Assembly: GCA_965205485.1 (NCBI GenBank)
Contig: OZ242180.1
Location: 2,432,001-2,496,000 of the forward strand
DNA: 64,000 bases
Source: Candidatus Latescibacterota bacterium
GTDB lineage: Bacteria > Latescibacterota > UBA2968 > GCA-2709665
Direction of reading: 5' to 3'
The notes beneath the pieces were generated by a model, which saw nothing but the letters and a program-made list of their open reading frames with translations, was not told the origin of the DNA and ran no database searches. Of this stretch, positions 10,687 to 21,136 are shown in pieces. The first letter of the stretch is position 1. Every line of letters begins with the position of its first letter. The position numbers and the translations under genes are program-made.

Positions 10687-13600
10687 ATGTCCGGAATATC
10701 TGCAAACGACGCATACCGGAACCTGTCAGGCAGGCTGACCGCGCTTCGGAAGAGGCAGGTCGCCGCCCGTAGCCTGTACGGCGCGGGCCTGACGCTGTGC
10801 TGTGCGCTTTCCTGTTTTTTCGTTCTACTGCTTCTGGAATCCGCCCTGTATCTCTCGCCGGCGGTCAAGGTGGCTTTGGAAGTGGCCGCCGCACTTGCCG
10901 CGGCCTGTCTTGCGGTGGTGTACTGTTTTCGCCCATTCTTCGTTTTGCCTTCACCGGAAGACGTCGCATTGCAGGTCGAACACGCATTCGGCGGCCTTCA
11001 GCAACGCCTGATCAGCGCCTTGCAGCTCCGGTGTCCGGATGAACACGCCAACTATTCGTCACCAATGGTCGATGCCGCCGTGATTCAGGCGGATGAGGTC
11101 CTCGCAAAGCTGAATCTGGATCCTCTGGTTCCCCGTTCCAGACCCCTGCGGGCAGCAGCCCTATGTGGCGTGCTGGGCCTGGTCATTCTCGTGGCTTTCG
11201 CGATTCTTCCGGGACCGCTTACAGCGGCTGCCGGCCGGCTTGCCACGCCGACAACGGCCTACGTCCGTCCGCCGGAGACGTTTATTTCCCTCCATCCGGG
11301 GAGCGCTGAAATCATCGCGGGGGAGCCCCTCGCAATAACGGCCACCTTGTCCGGTCTCGTACCCCCGCGCGCTCACATCCTGTTGCGGGAAGACGACGAA
11401 TGGACATCCCTTGAGCTTTCGGTGCGCAACGGACGGATCGCACACGGAATTCCCGCCGTGACACGATCGTTCCAGTACAGTCTACGCGCGAACGATGCGG
11501 TAACTCCTGTCTATGAGGTCACCGCCAAACCCCGGCCGATGGTCGTCCGGATTCGTCAAGACAACCGTTATCCGGCCTACACCGGGCTCGGGGAAGTCCG
11601 CGACGTCGAAGGCGGCGACATTGTTGCCATCGCAGGAACTTCGACCGCGCTTCGCGTCGAGTCCAGCCTTCCGTTGAGCTCGGCTGAAATCGTCTTCGAC
11701 GACAGCAGTGCTTCAATGGCGCAAGTCGAGGGACGCATCGCTTCAGTCAATCTGACCGTCACACAGAACCGGCGCTATACAATCGCTTTGCGTGATATGC
11801 ACGATATCGCCAGCTTGAATCCTGTAGAGTACCGCGTCGTGGCGCTTCAGGACCATCCTCCCGAAATTCGCCTGCTTCGACCGGGAAGAGACACTGAACT
11901 GGGGGAAGACATGCGGGTTCCCCTGTTCATGGAGGCCCGGGACGATTACGGCGTTTCAAGGATCGAAATCCGTTACCGACTCAACGACGGCGAGGCGGAA
12001 GAAGCGCTTCCAATTCCCCTGGACAACCCGGGCGCTGGAGAACTCACCCAGACCCATGTGTGGGACCTCTCCGGCCTGGACCTGCTGCCGGGGGATCGGG
12101 TCGTCTTCAGGCTGCGTGCGTATGACGGCAACACGGTATCCGGTCTGGGCATAACGGAAACGCCGGCGTTCACCATCCGCTTTCCGTCACTGCTGGAAAT
12201 CCACCGTCAGGCCCGACAGGCTCACGAGGAGGGCCTGGAACGGATGACTGCCATCAGGGAAGAGGGGGAGTCGGTACGCGAACGCCTTGAAGAGATCGCA
12301 CAACGGCTGTTGAAGGAACGACAGATGCAGTGGCAACACGGCAAGGAGCTGGAAACCGCGATCGATGACCAGGCCACAGCCTCGGAAAAGCTCGAGGAAG
12401 TCAGCGGGAAACTCGAAGAAACGCTCGGCAGGTTGCAACAGAGCGGTCTTCTGGGGGACGAAACCCTCCAGAAGCTGAACCAGATTCAGGAATTGCTCTC
12501 CGAAATCGAGTCGCCGCGTTTGAAGGAGGCTATGGAGGAACTCCGTGACGCAATGCAGCGCGTCGATTCCAAAGCCGTGGAGGAGGCCCTGAAGGCGTTT
12601 CGCGGCGAACAGGAAGGGTTTCAAGAGTCACTGGAGCGGACCATCGCCCTGCTGCGGCAGCTGCGCACGGAGCAAACCATTGAAGCGCTGGCGCAAACCC
12701 TGGAAGCACTGTCCCGTGAGCAGCGTCGTGTGGTTGGCAACATCGGCGATCAGCCCGATCCCGCGTCCCTGGCAGTACAACAGGACGCGATCGCACGGCG
12801 TACCGGTTCATTTGAGGATGAACTTGCGGAGACTGCCGGAAAAATGGGTGATTTCCCCGAAGCGGCGGATGAACTTGGACGCCTTGCGGACCGGTTTGAA
12901 GCGCAGCGCATCCCCGGGCGCATGCGGGCCGTCAGCCGCCATCTGTGCGGCAATGCAGCAGGGCTGGCACGAACGCACGGCGCACGGATAACCGGAGACC
13001 TCGAAAGGTTCGCGAAGGAGCTCCAGGCGGCCAGGCAGGCCTTCGTCAACCGTCAGAAAGAAGCAATGATACGACGCCTCAACCAGATGACGCACAACCT
13101 GCTGGGACTTTCAGCCGCGCAGGAACAAACCGCGCGCAAGGCCGGGGAAATCTCCCGGGAAAGCGATCCGGCGCCGTTGGCGATCGAGCAGGCCCGTATA
13201 CTGGCTGGCGCGACGCGCGTGGCGAACCACTTGATGGAAGCCGCTCACAAGACCTACTTTGTGACGCCTGAAACCGGCGCCGCGCTGGGTCGCGCGCTCA
13301 ACAAGGTCCGGGAGACGGCAGGTCATATCCAGGCCGTCGCCGGTTCCCGGGCTGCCGACACGGGCAAGGACGCGATGGGCGCATTGAACGAAGTGGTGAT
13401 GGCGCTCCGGAGGGCGGTCAGGGACATCTCCGCCGCCGGTTCGTCCGTGGGTCTGGAAGAAATGCTCCAGCGCCTGCAGGAGCTGGCCGACCAGCAGTCC
13501 GGCCTGAACGAAACGAGTGAATCCGCGCTTAACTCGTCGCAGCAGTCGCTGGGGGAGCAGGGTCTGCAAGCAAGCCTCGCGCAGATGGCGGCCCGACAGA

Positions 13601-14022
13601 GAGCCATCCAGCAGGCGGTGCGGGAAATTCGCAGGCAGATGGGCAGCCGCCGGCATGCGCTGCTCGGCGATCTGGACCATATCGCTTCAGAAATGGAGGC
13701 CGTGATTCAGGAGATGAAGAACCGCCGCGCAGACAGCCGTACGCTTGAACGTCAGCGCAGAATTCTCTCACGCCTGCTCGACGCGCAGCGGTCGATTCGC
13801 GAACGCGGCCGAAGCAGCGAACGACGCGCCCGGCGAGGTTCGGACCTGGCGTACCGGGGTCCGGGCTCGTTGCCGCCGAATCTGGGCGAAGCCGATAATC
13901 CGCTTCGAATTCGACTCCGGGACGCGCTCGATGCGGGTTTCGCCACGGAGTATCGCAGACTCATCCGCAGCTACTTCGAGACCTTGATGCAGGACGCGTT
14001 GAAACGCGAAGATTCCCGATGA
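10687..14022 (+). CDS. DUF4175-like membrane-anchored Ig/coiled-coil protein
   Basis: Three N-terminal TM segments, YPAYTG, ARDDYGV, long coiled coil, RILSRLLDAQRSIRER, Y--LI--YF C-terminus. Confidence 0.75.
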   Translation: MSGISANDAYRNLSGRLTALRKRQVAARSLYGAGLTLCCALSCFFVLLLLESALYLSPAVKVALEVAAALAAACLAVVYCFRPFFVLPSPEDVALQVEHAFGGLQQRLISALQLRCPDEHANYSSPMVDAAVIQADEVLAKLNLDPLVPRSRPLRAAALCGVLGLVILVAFAILPGPLTAAAGRLATPTTAYVRPPETFISLHPGSAEIIAGEPLAITATLSGLVPPRAHILLREDDEWTSLELSVRNGRIAHGIPAVTRSFQYSLRANDAVTPVYEVTAKPRPMVVRIRQDNRYPAYTGLGEVRDVEGGDIVAIAGTSTALRVESSLPLSSAEIVFDDSSASMAQVEGRIASVNLTVTQNRRYTIALRDMHDIASLNPVEYRVVALQDHPPEIRLLRPGRDTELGEDMRVPLFMEARDDYGVSRIEIRYRLNDGEAEEALPIPLDNPGAGELTQTHVWDLSGLDLLPGDRVVFRLRAYDGNTVSGLGITETPAFTIRFPSLLEIHRQARQAHEEGLERMTAIREEGESVRERLEEIAQRLLKERQMQWQHGKELETAIDDQATASEKLEEVSGKLEETLGRLQQSGLLGDETLQKLNQIQELLSEIESPRLKEAMEELRDAMQRVDSKAVEEALKAFRGEQEGFQESLERTIALLRQLRTEQTIEALAQTLEALSREQRRVVGNIGDQPDPASLAVQQDAIARRTGSFEDELAETAGKMGDFPEAADELGRLADRFEAQRIPGRMRAVSRHLCGNAAGLARTHGARITGDLERFAKELQAARQAFVNRQKEAMIRRLNQMTHNLLGLSAAQEQTARKAGEISRESDPAPLAIEQARILAGATRVANHLMEAAHKTYFVTPETGAALGRALNKVRETAGHIQAVAGSRAADTGKDAMGALNEVVMALRRAVRDISAAGSSVGLEEMLQRLQELADQQSGLNETSESALNSSQQSLGEQGLQASLAQMAARQRAIQQAVREIRRQMGSRRHALLGDLDHIASEMEAVIQEMKNRRADSRTLERQRRILSRLLDAQRSIRERGRSSERRARRGSDLAYRGPGSLPPNLGEADNPLRIRLRDALDAGFATEYRRLIRSYFETLMQDALKREDSR

Positions 14023-15845
14023 AGAGTTGGCTCCCTTTAAATGCCGCCCTCGTAATTTTGACCCTTCTCCTGCTCGCTCCGGTGGATCTGCCCGCCGCCA
14101 CTGCCCGGGAAACCCTCCGCCAGGCAGGTGCGAAGGAAGCCTCCGGCGACTTGAGAGAAGCGCTGCGACTTTACCGGAAGCTCCTGAAAAGGTATCCGTA
14201 CCGTGCTGACATACTCCTTCGCATAGAATCCATCCTCTACCGCACGGGGCGCCGCGGTGAAGCGGTTCGCCTTCTGGAGTCTCACCTTCAAGAAAGGCCG
14301 CGGGACTCGACGGTCCGTTTCCGGCTGGCGGACATTCAGTCCGAAACGGGCAACCTTGACGGAGCGATTGCGCATTGGAACCACATCGTCGCCGATGCCG
14401 CCGACACGGGAACGATCGAGCGTGTCGCGCGCAACTTTCTGAGGCACAACCTTCCATTGCGGGCACTGTCCGTTTGCCGGCGGGGACGCGACATCTTGAA
14501 AAACCCGCATCTGTTCGCCGGACAAATGGCTGAAATCGCGGAACGGCTCGCGCGATATCCTGATGCCGTGGCCGAGTACATGGTCTTTGTACGCCAACAG
14601 CCGCAATTGCTCGGGCATGTCGAGGCGCGATTCAGGCATTTCGCGCGGGAGGGCGACCAGCAGGACCGAATTCTCGCTGCGCTCAGCCATGAGGCCCGGG
14701 AGCATCCGGGCGACGAGATTGCCCTGCGGCTGTTCACGGAGTACGCACTGACGGCGGGTTTTGAGGAACGGGCGCTGCGAGTCTTTGCGTCATTTGCACA
14801 CGTCGGTCCGCTCCACGTGACGCACCTGTTACGCGTCGCCGGACACGCCTTCGAGGCCGGCCGTTTCGAGACGGCGGCCGGCGCCTATGAGATACTTCTT
14901 TCCGGCACCGATTCAATAGCCCGCCAACCGGAGGCGCTGCTGGGTCTGGGGAGGGCGAGCGAAGGCCTGTCGCATGTCGACACGGCTGTGTCCCTTTACC
15001 GGCGCCTGATTGACAGATTTCCACGAACCCTCTATGCGCATGAGGCCGGTTTTCGGCTGGGTCTGCTCTTGCGTCGGGTCTATCGGGATACCGCGGCCGC
15101 GCTGGACGCATTCCGCTCGGTCGCCGGCGAGAAGAGGCGTACTTCCTGGCGCTCCCGCGCCCTCTTTGAGATCGCGGATATACTGGTCGTCGCGGACCGG
15201 CTCGCGGAAGCCCGATCGGTCTATGCCCGCGTTGCGCGTGAACAGCGGGAGGATGAAGACGCCGCCCGGGCTCGTTTCGGTATTGCCGAGTGTCATTTTC
15301 TTTCCGGCGAAATCGACGCCGCCCGCGCCGCCATCGACAGCCTGCTGTCGGGTTCTTCAAACCGATTCGCGTTCAACGATGCGCTGGGGCTCTCGGTCCT
15401 GCTCGAGCAGGCGGACGAGGACGACGAAGGGGTTCTGCAATCCTTTGCATCGGCTTCGAGGCTCGTTCGCCGGCAGCAACCGGACGCAGCCCTTGCCGCG
15501 TTCCGTACGTTTGCGGCAACCCATCCGGGGTCGCGGCTTCTGGATCGGGCGCTGGCGAGCCAGATCGCGCTTCTGGACACGCTTGGCAGGTACAACGAAG
15601 CCATTCTGATGTCCCGGCGCCTTCTCGCAAGCGTCCCCTGGAGCCCGCTGTGCCCGGGGGCGATGATGACCATGGGCGGGATCTACAGCCGGAGGCTCGG
15701 ACAATACGAGGATGCTTTGAATACATACGAATCCGTCCTGTCGGCATATCCGCACAGCCTTGAGGCCGCGGAGGCCCGGGAACAGGTGCGGGCGCTTCGA
15801 GAAAAGATCAAAACTCTCGACACCACACGCAAGGAGCCGGGATAG
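14019..15845 (+). CDS. Secreted tetratricopeptide-repeat protein
   Basis: Signal peptide, repeated TPR-like helices (A---Y--L---YP-S); ATGA overlap with the upstream gene. Confidence 0.8.
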   Translation: MKSWLPLNAALVILTLLLLAPVDLPAATARETLRQAGAKEASGDLREALRLYRKLLKRYPYRADILLRIESILYRTGRRGEAVRLLESHLQERPRDSTVRFRLADIQSETGNLDGAIAHWNHIVADAADTGTIERVARNFLRHNLPLRALSVCRRGRDILKNPHLFAGQMAEIAERLARYPDAVAEYMVFVRQQPQLLGHVEARFRHFAREGDQQDRILAALSHEAREHPGDEIALRLFTEYALTAGFEERALRVFASFAHVGPLHVTHLLRVAGHAFEAGRFETAAGAYEILLSGTDSIARQPEALLGLGRASEGLSHVDTAVSLYRRLIDRFPRTLYAHEAGFRLGLLLRRVYRDTAAALDAFRSVAGEKRRTSWRSRALFEIADILVVADRLAEARSVYARVAREQREDEDAARARFGIAECHFLSGEIDAARAAIDSLLSGSSNRFAFNDALGLSVLLEQADEDDEGVLQSFASASRLVRRQQPDAALAAFRTFAATHPGSRLLDRALASQIALLDTLGRYNEAILMSRRLLASVPWSPLCPGAMMTMGGIYSRRLGQYEDALNTYESVLSAYPHSLEAAEAREQVRALREKIKTLDTTRKEPG

Positions 15846-15902
15846 GTGAGGATCCAGGTCCGTCTCGTCCGGGGTATATCCGTTGCGTTTGCGCGCAGCG
15901 TG

Positions 15903-17204
15903 ATGGATTTCAACGCCGCTCCTTGCACGACATACACTCCGCTTTTCAGGGTACTGGTTCTGGCTCTGTGCCTGTTCGGAGCCCCTTCGAACGCGGCCGC
16001 GGACAAGCTGCTTGTCCCGATGGATCTCGTGCAGGCGAATCATCTCAAGGCCTATGGGCTCGCCTACTGGGCGCTCCAGCATAACATCGAGGTGGAGTGG
16101 CTGCTCAACTACAGGGGCGGCGCCTTTATGATGGACTACGTGGAATCGGCGGCCGGGGAGGGACGTCTGCGCGACGTCGATTTCGAACGCGTCAATGGGG
16201 CCGAAGCCGTTCGAATCTATGCGGAGATCGAGCAGGGCAACATGAACTCTGTTCGACTTGAAAAGGCGCCGAAGATCGCAGTTTATACGCCGCCTAACAA
16301 ACAACCCTGGGACGACGCCGTCACGCTGGCCCTGTCTTACGCCGAGATTCCCTACGACATTCTGTGGGACGAGGAAGTGCTGGCGGGGAAGCTCTCCGAG
16401 TACGACTGGCTGCATCTTCACCACGAAGATTTCACCGGTCAGTACGGAAAATTCTACCGCAGCCACGGCCGTGAACTCTGGTACCGACGCCAGCAGGCCC
16501 AGTATGAAAGCCTTGCCAACCGCCTCGGTTTCAGAAAGGTGTCCGTGGAAAAAGGCGCCGTTGCCAGGGCCATACTGGAATACATTTCCAATGGCGGTTT
16601 CGTGTTTGCCATGTGTTCCGCCACGGACACCTTCGACATTGCCCTGGCCGCGACGGGCGTAGACATTGTGGATACGGTGTACGACGGGGACCCGCCCGAC
16701 CCTGACGCGCAGGGGAGATTGGATTATTCAAGGACGATCGCGTTCGAGGACTTTTCCCTGGTCACGGATCCCATGGAATATGAACACGCGGACATCGACG
16801 TCTCGCCAGCCACCGGGGCGCAGTTCCGCGGACCCGACGCAGACGCATTCACGCTGTTTGAATTCTCGGCAAAATTCGATCCGGTGCCTGCCATGCTCAC
16901 CCAGAACCACGTGCCCGTTGTCCGGGGGTTTCTGGGCCAGACCACGGCGTTTCGCCGGAGCCGAATCAAGAAGTCCGTCACCATTATGGGCGAGGTCAGC
17001 GGTACGGACCAGGTCAAATACATCCACGGAAACGTCGGCCGGGGCACCTTTACCTTTTACGCCGGACACGACCCGGAAGACTATCGCCACTTCGTGGGAG
17101 ATCCGCCCACGGAACTGGCGTTGCGCCGAAACTCCCCCGGTTATCGCCTCATTCTGAATAACATCCTGTTCCCGGCAGCCAGGAAACAGAAACGCAAGAC
17201 CTGA
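15903..17204 (+). CDS. Conserved secreted class-I GATase-like protein (often labelled asparagine synthetase B in Bacteroidota)
   Basis: Signal peptide; HLKAYG, WLLNYRGG, PWDDAV, WLHLHHEDFTGQYGKFY, FAMCSATD, GHDPEDY, NSPGYRLILNN. Start uncertain (ORF opens at 15846). Confidence 0.7.
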   Translation: MDFNAAPCTTYTPLFRVLVLALCLFGAPSNAAADKLLVPMDLVQANHLKAYGLAYWALQHNIEVEWLLNYRGGAFMMDYVESAAGEGRLRDVDFERVNGAEAVRIYAEIEQGNMNSVRLEKAPKIAVYTPPNKQPWDDAVTLALSYAEIPYDILWDEEVLAGKLSEYDWLHLHHEDFTGQYGKFYRSHGRELWYRRQQAQYESLANRLGFRKVSVEKGAVARAILEYISNGGFVFAMCSATDTFDIALAATGVDIVDTVYDGDPPDPDAQGRLDYSRTIAFEDFSLVTDPMEYEHADIDVSPATGAQFRGPDADAFTLFEFSAKFDPVPAMLTQNHVPVVRGFLGQTTAFRRSRIKKSVTIMGEVSGTDQVKYIHGNVGRGTFTFYAGHDPEDYRHFVGDPPTELALRRNSPGYRLILNNILFPAARKQKRKT

Positions 17205-17272
17205 ACGCGACCCCGACATCCGGGGGCATCGACAGAAACGGTCACGACCACCCAGCGAAAGATCGCCCAACC

Positions 17273-18268
17273 ATGCCCGAACAACCCACAGACGACCTCG
17301 AGGCCGTCGAAAGACTGAAAACCGCCCACGCCCGTATCAGGGGCGAAATCGGAAAGATCATCGTGGGTCAGAACGAGATCGTTGACCAGTTGCTCATCGC
17401 ACTCCTTTGCGGCGGGCACTGCCTGCTCGTCGGGGTTCCCGGGCTTGCAAAAACGCTTCTCATCAGCACGCTTGCCAGGGCGCTCAACCTCAGCTTCAGC
17501 CGTATTCAATTCACGCCGGATCTGATGCCCTCCGATATCACAGGTACTGAAGTACTCGAAGAAGACCAGCGTACGGGCCACAAGAACTTCCGTTTCGTAA
17601 AGGGTCCGCTCTTTGCGAACATCATTCTGGCGGACGAGGTCAACCGTACCCCGCCGAAGACCCAGGCCGCCCTGCTGCAGGCCATGCAGGAGCACGAAGT
17701 GACCGCGGGCGGCGACACGTTTCACCTCGAAGAGCCCTTTTTCGTGCTGGCCACGCAGAACCCGATCGAACAGGAGGGCACGTATCCGCTGCCTGAAGCT
17801 CAGCTCGACCGGTTCATTTTCAACCTGTGGATCGACTATCCTTCGGAAGAAGAAGAGAAACAGATCGTTCGTACTACAACCAGCGCTTACGCGGCGGAAG
17901 TCGAACCGGTATTCGACGCGCGTGAAATCGTCGAACTGCAGCAGCTTATCCGCAAGGTCCCGGTTGCCGACTATGTGATCGACTATGCCGTCGGCCTCGC
18001 CCGCAGGACCCGGCCCGGAGTCGATGGTGCGCCGGATTTCGTCTCACGCATGGTCAACTGGGGCGCGGGTCCCCGCGCCTCTCAATTCCTCGTTCTGGGC
18101 GCCAAGGCGCGCGCCATCCTCGAGGGACGGTACGCCGCCGCAGTTGAAGACGTCAAGTTTGTCGGCGTTCCCGTGCTTCGCCATCGCATCGTCACCAGTT
18201 TCAATGCCGAGGCGGAAGGGGTCACGCCGCTCGAACTCGTGCAACGCCTTCTTGAAGTCCCGGCCTGA
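17273..18268 (+). CDS. MoxR-family AAA+ ATPase
   Basis: GVPGLAKT, RIQFTPDLMPSD, LADEVNR, ATQNPIEQEGTYPLPEAQLDRF. Confidence 0.95.
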   Translation: MPEQPTDDLEAVERLKTAHARIRGEIGKIIVGQNEIVDQLLIALLCGGHCLLVGVPGLAKTLLISTLARALNLSFSRIQFTPDLMPSDITGTEVLEEDQRTGHKNFRFVKGPLFANIILADEVNRTPPKTQAALLQAMQEHEVTAGGDTFHLEEPFFVLATQNPIEQEGTYPLPEAQLDRFIFNLWIDYPSEEEEKQIVRTTTSAYAAEVEPVFDAREIVELQQLIRKVPVADYVIDYAVGLARRTRPGVDGAPDFVSRMVNWGAGPRASQFLVLGAKARAILEGRYAAAVEDVKFVGVPVLRHRIVTSFNAEAEGVTPLELVQRLLEVPA

Positions 18269-18288
18269 ACTCCCGATTCGCAGCGCCC

Positions 18289-19185
18289 ATGCCCGATTTC
18301 CGCACGTATCTCCAGCCCGAAGTTGTCGCCCGCCTGTCCGGCCTCGATCTGGTCGCCCGGCTTGTGGTCGAAGGTTTCATTACGGGTCTGCACCAGAGTC
18401 CGTACCACGGATTCTCGGTTGAATTTTCCGAATATCGCCAGTACATACCGGGCGACCCGCCGCGCAACGTGGACTGGAAGGTCTACGGCAAGACCGACAG
18501 GCTCTACGTAAAGCAGTACGAAGAAGAAACGAACCTCAAGGCCTATATCCTGCTGGACGCCAGCGCGTCGATGGCCTACGGCTCGAATTCCGTCACCAAG
18601 TTCCAGTACGCTTCCTATACCGCTGCCGCGCTGTCGTACCTGATGTTGCGCCAGCGTGACGCCGTCGGCCTGGTATCCTTCGACCGTGGCATCCGATCCT
18701 ACCTGCCGCCCAGATCCGCAGGGAACCATCTTCATGCCCTTCTCGAAACGCTGCGGAATACCGGCCCGGAGGGCGAAGACACCGACCTGGCGGCAACCTT
18801 CCACAGCCTTGCCGAGCGTATCGTGCGCCGCGGCCTCATCGTGGTTCTGTCCGATCTGATGGACGAACCCCGTTCCCTGATTTCCGGGCTGAAACACTTC
18901 CGCCACCGCAAGCACGAAGTCATCGTCTTCCACATCCTCGACCCGAGGGAGCGGGACCTCGAATTCGGTCGCGAAACCCGATTCGTGGACCTCGAAACCG
19001 GCGCCGCCGTGACCACCGAACCATGGCATGTCGCGTCCGATTATAGTGACCATATGCAAGACCTCACCCGCCGATTCAGTCGCGAATGTCGTGAAAGTCT
19101 CATCGACTACGTCCTGCTGGACACTGCGAAGCCGTTCGATACCGTGCTGTTCAACTACCTGGCCAAGCGCAAACGCCTGATGTGA
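18289..19185 (+). CDS. DUF58 (VWA-like) protein
   Basis: G-HQSPYHGFSVEFSEYRQY-PGD, DWK, DASASM (DxSxS), LSDL. Confidence 0.92.
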   Translation: MPDFRTYLQPEVVARLSGLDLVARLVVEGFITGLHQSPYHGFSVEFSEYRQYIPGDPPRNVDWKVYGKTDRLYVKQYEEETNLKAYILLDASASMAYGSNSVTKFQYASYTAAALSYLMLRQRDAVGLVSFDRGIRSYLPPRSAGNHLHALLETLRNTGPEGEDTDLAATFHSLAERIVRRGLIVVLSDLMDEPRSLISGLKHFRHRKHEVIVFHILDPRERDLEFGRETRFVDLETGAAVTTEPWHVASDYSDHMQDLTRRFSRECRESLIDYVLLDTAKPFDTVLFNYLAKRKRLM

Positions 19186-19232
19186 TGAAATACATCCACC
19201 TGTCTGCATAATCTATCACTCTAGAGGATCCC

Positions 19233-20273
19233 ATGGAATGCGTGCGGGTTGGCATCGTCGGCGCGGGCAAGATGGGGCGAACGCATATCGACGCCCTCAA
19301 GGACGTGACTCTGGGAGAAGCCGTTGCGGTGAACGACCCCGCCGATCTGCCCGAGGTCGGCCCCGGCCTCGCCGGCGAGTACGGTTTGGATTATGAGGAA
19401 AGTCTGGAATCTCTTGTTTCGAGAGACGATATCCACGCGGTTATCGTAACGACGCCCCACGCCCTTCACGCCGATCACGCCATTGCAGCGCTCGAAGCGG
19501 GCAAACATGTCCTCGTGGAGAAACCACTGGAAGTCACGCTGGAAAAGTGTGACGCCATCATCCGGACCGCGGAACGCGCGGGCTGCAAACTCATGGTCGC
19601 GCAGAGCCACCGGTACTGGGAGGGCGGCGCCATATCCAAGCGTCTGCTGGACGACGGCGCGATCGGCCGGCTGCTCATGTGCAGGGATACGCTCGCCACG
19701 CCCGGCTACCGCAAGCCCGATCCACGCCGGGCATGGTTCACGGACCTGGATCTCTACGGGCCGGGCGGTCTCATCGGTTGGGGCGTACACAACATCGACA
19801 GGCTGCGCTGGTGGTTCGAAAGCGAGGCGGAATATGTCTTCGCGCGGTCCTATTCCCTGCGCACCGAGGTTCCCGGAGACGTCACGTCCAACATGCTGAT
19901 GATTGGCTTTCGGAATGGCGGCAGCGCCCACCTCATCTACTCGGAAGCGCTTCCGCCACCCGGCTGGAAGGGTTTCAGTTGCGCCGCCGAACTCGTCGGA
20001 GAAAAGGGCTTGATGGAGGTCGATCCGTACAACAAAGTCAAGGTTGCCCGCGATGGCGCGTCGGAATGGGAGACGGTGTACGACCACGCAGCGGTGGATG
20101 ATCCCCGGCAGAAGGCGTTTGCCGACGAGGTGAGGGACTTTATCGACTGCATCGTTAACGACACGCCGCCTCCGGTGACGGGAGAAGACGGACGGGCGGC
20201 GGTGGAGATCGCCCTGGCGGCTTACAGATCGTCCCGGTTGGGTGAAGCAATCAGGCTGCCGCTCAGAGATTGA
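19233..20273 (+). CDS. Gfo/Idh/MocA oxidoreductase
   Basis: GIVGAGKMG, TTPHALH, AGKHVLVEKP, GVHNID. Confidence 0.92.
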   Translation: MECVRVGIVGAGKMGRTHIDALKDVTLGEAVAVNDPADLPEVGPGLAGEYGLDYEESLESLVSRDDIHAVIVTTPHALHADHAIAALEAGKHVLVEKPLEVTLEKCDAIIRTAERAGCKLMVAQSHRYWEGGAISKRLLDDGAIGRLLMCRDTLATPGYRKPDPRRAWFTDLDLYGPGGLIGWGVHNIDRLRWWFESEAEYVFARSYSLRTEVPGDVTSNMLMIGFRNGGSAHLIYSEALPPPGWKGFSCAAELVGEKGLMEVDPYNKVKVARDGASEWETVYDHAAVDDPRQKAFADEVRDFIDCIVNDTPPPVTGEDGRAAVEIALAAYRSSRLGEAIRLPLRD

Positions 20274-20371
20274 CAACGATTTCAAGCTGTAATGATACCA
20301 GCTGGCAGGGCGCCTGCGCGACACATCGGGAATGGAGCGATAGCGTGGGGAATCGGATAGTTGGCATTGAA

Positions 20372-21085
20372 ATGACCCCGCTGGACTACGGCCGTTCATT
20401 CCTTATCGGGAAGGGTTCGGCCAACGAAGTGCGCTTCTGGATCGAGTCGCGCACCCGCATCCTGGACGAAAGCGCGGGGACCAGCGAGGCGTTCTATCAG
20501 ACCGCTTCCTGCAAGAGCGAGAATACCTTTCACCGGAAGGACCTGTTCAAGCAGGACAACTACGACTTCCTGCCGATTTTCAACGCGAATTACGGTCTTA
20601 TCTTCCGGCGTCCGGTTTGCCTGAACGACCGTTATCGGGAAACGCGGCCGTATGAAGTGATGTTCGGCGGTTATGATCTCCATCTCGTGGAGGGCTCGAG
20701 CGTTCGCGAATTGCCTTCAAATGTGTCCATCCGGGAGGAAACCTACCGATTCGCGCCGCTTGTCTCGCAGACCGAAATCCGTAATGACGATACCGGACTC
20801 AGCGCCCTGATCGAATGTCCGGTGAAGACCATGAACACCCGCCGCGGGGACGATCGCTACCAGGTCGATACCGGTCCGATCGCCTTTCCGGATCTCTCGA
20901 AACGGCCCGAAAGGCTTGTCGACTGCCTGTCGCTCGCCTTCGTGGCGTTCAATACACCGCACTTTGCCGACTTCGTGATCGAAGCGCCCACCGTCGTCGA
21001 TCCCGCAAATCCCGATCTGAAAGTCCACCACTACTCGAAGATCGTCAGCCTCCCGTCACGCAACCGGGTGTTCGCGGTGGAGTAG
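20372..21085 (+). CDS. Hypothetical protein
   Basis: Gene-sized ORF filling the gap between neighbours; likely ATG at 20372 (MTPLDYGRSF); function not recognised. Confidence 0.65.
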   Translation: MTPLDYGRSFLIGKGSANEVRFWIESRTRILDESAGTSEAFYQTASCKSENTFHRKDLFKQDNYDFLPIFNANYGLIFRRPVCLNDRYRETRPYEVMFGGYDLHLVEGSSVRELPSNVSIREETYRFAPLVSQTEIRNDDTGLSALIECPVKTMNTRRGDDRYQVDTGPIAFPDLSKRPERLVDCLSLAFVAFNTPHFADFVIEAPTVVDPANPDLKVHHYSKIVSLPSRNRVFAVE

Positions 21086-21136
21086 GGCACCCCGGCAGAC
21101 GTCCACATTCTGAAAGATCTCCACTATGGAGGAAGA

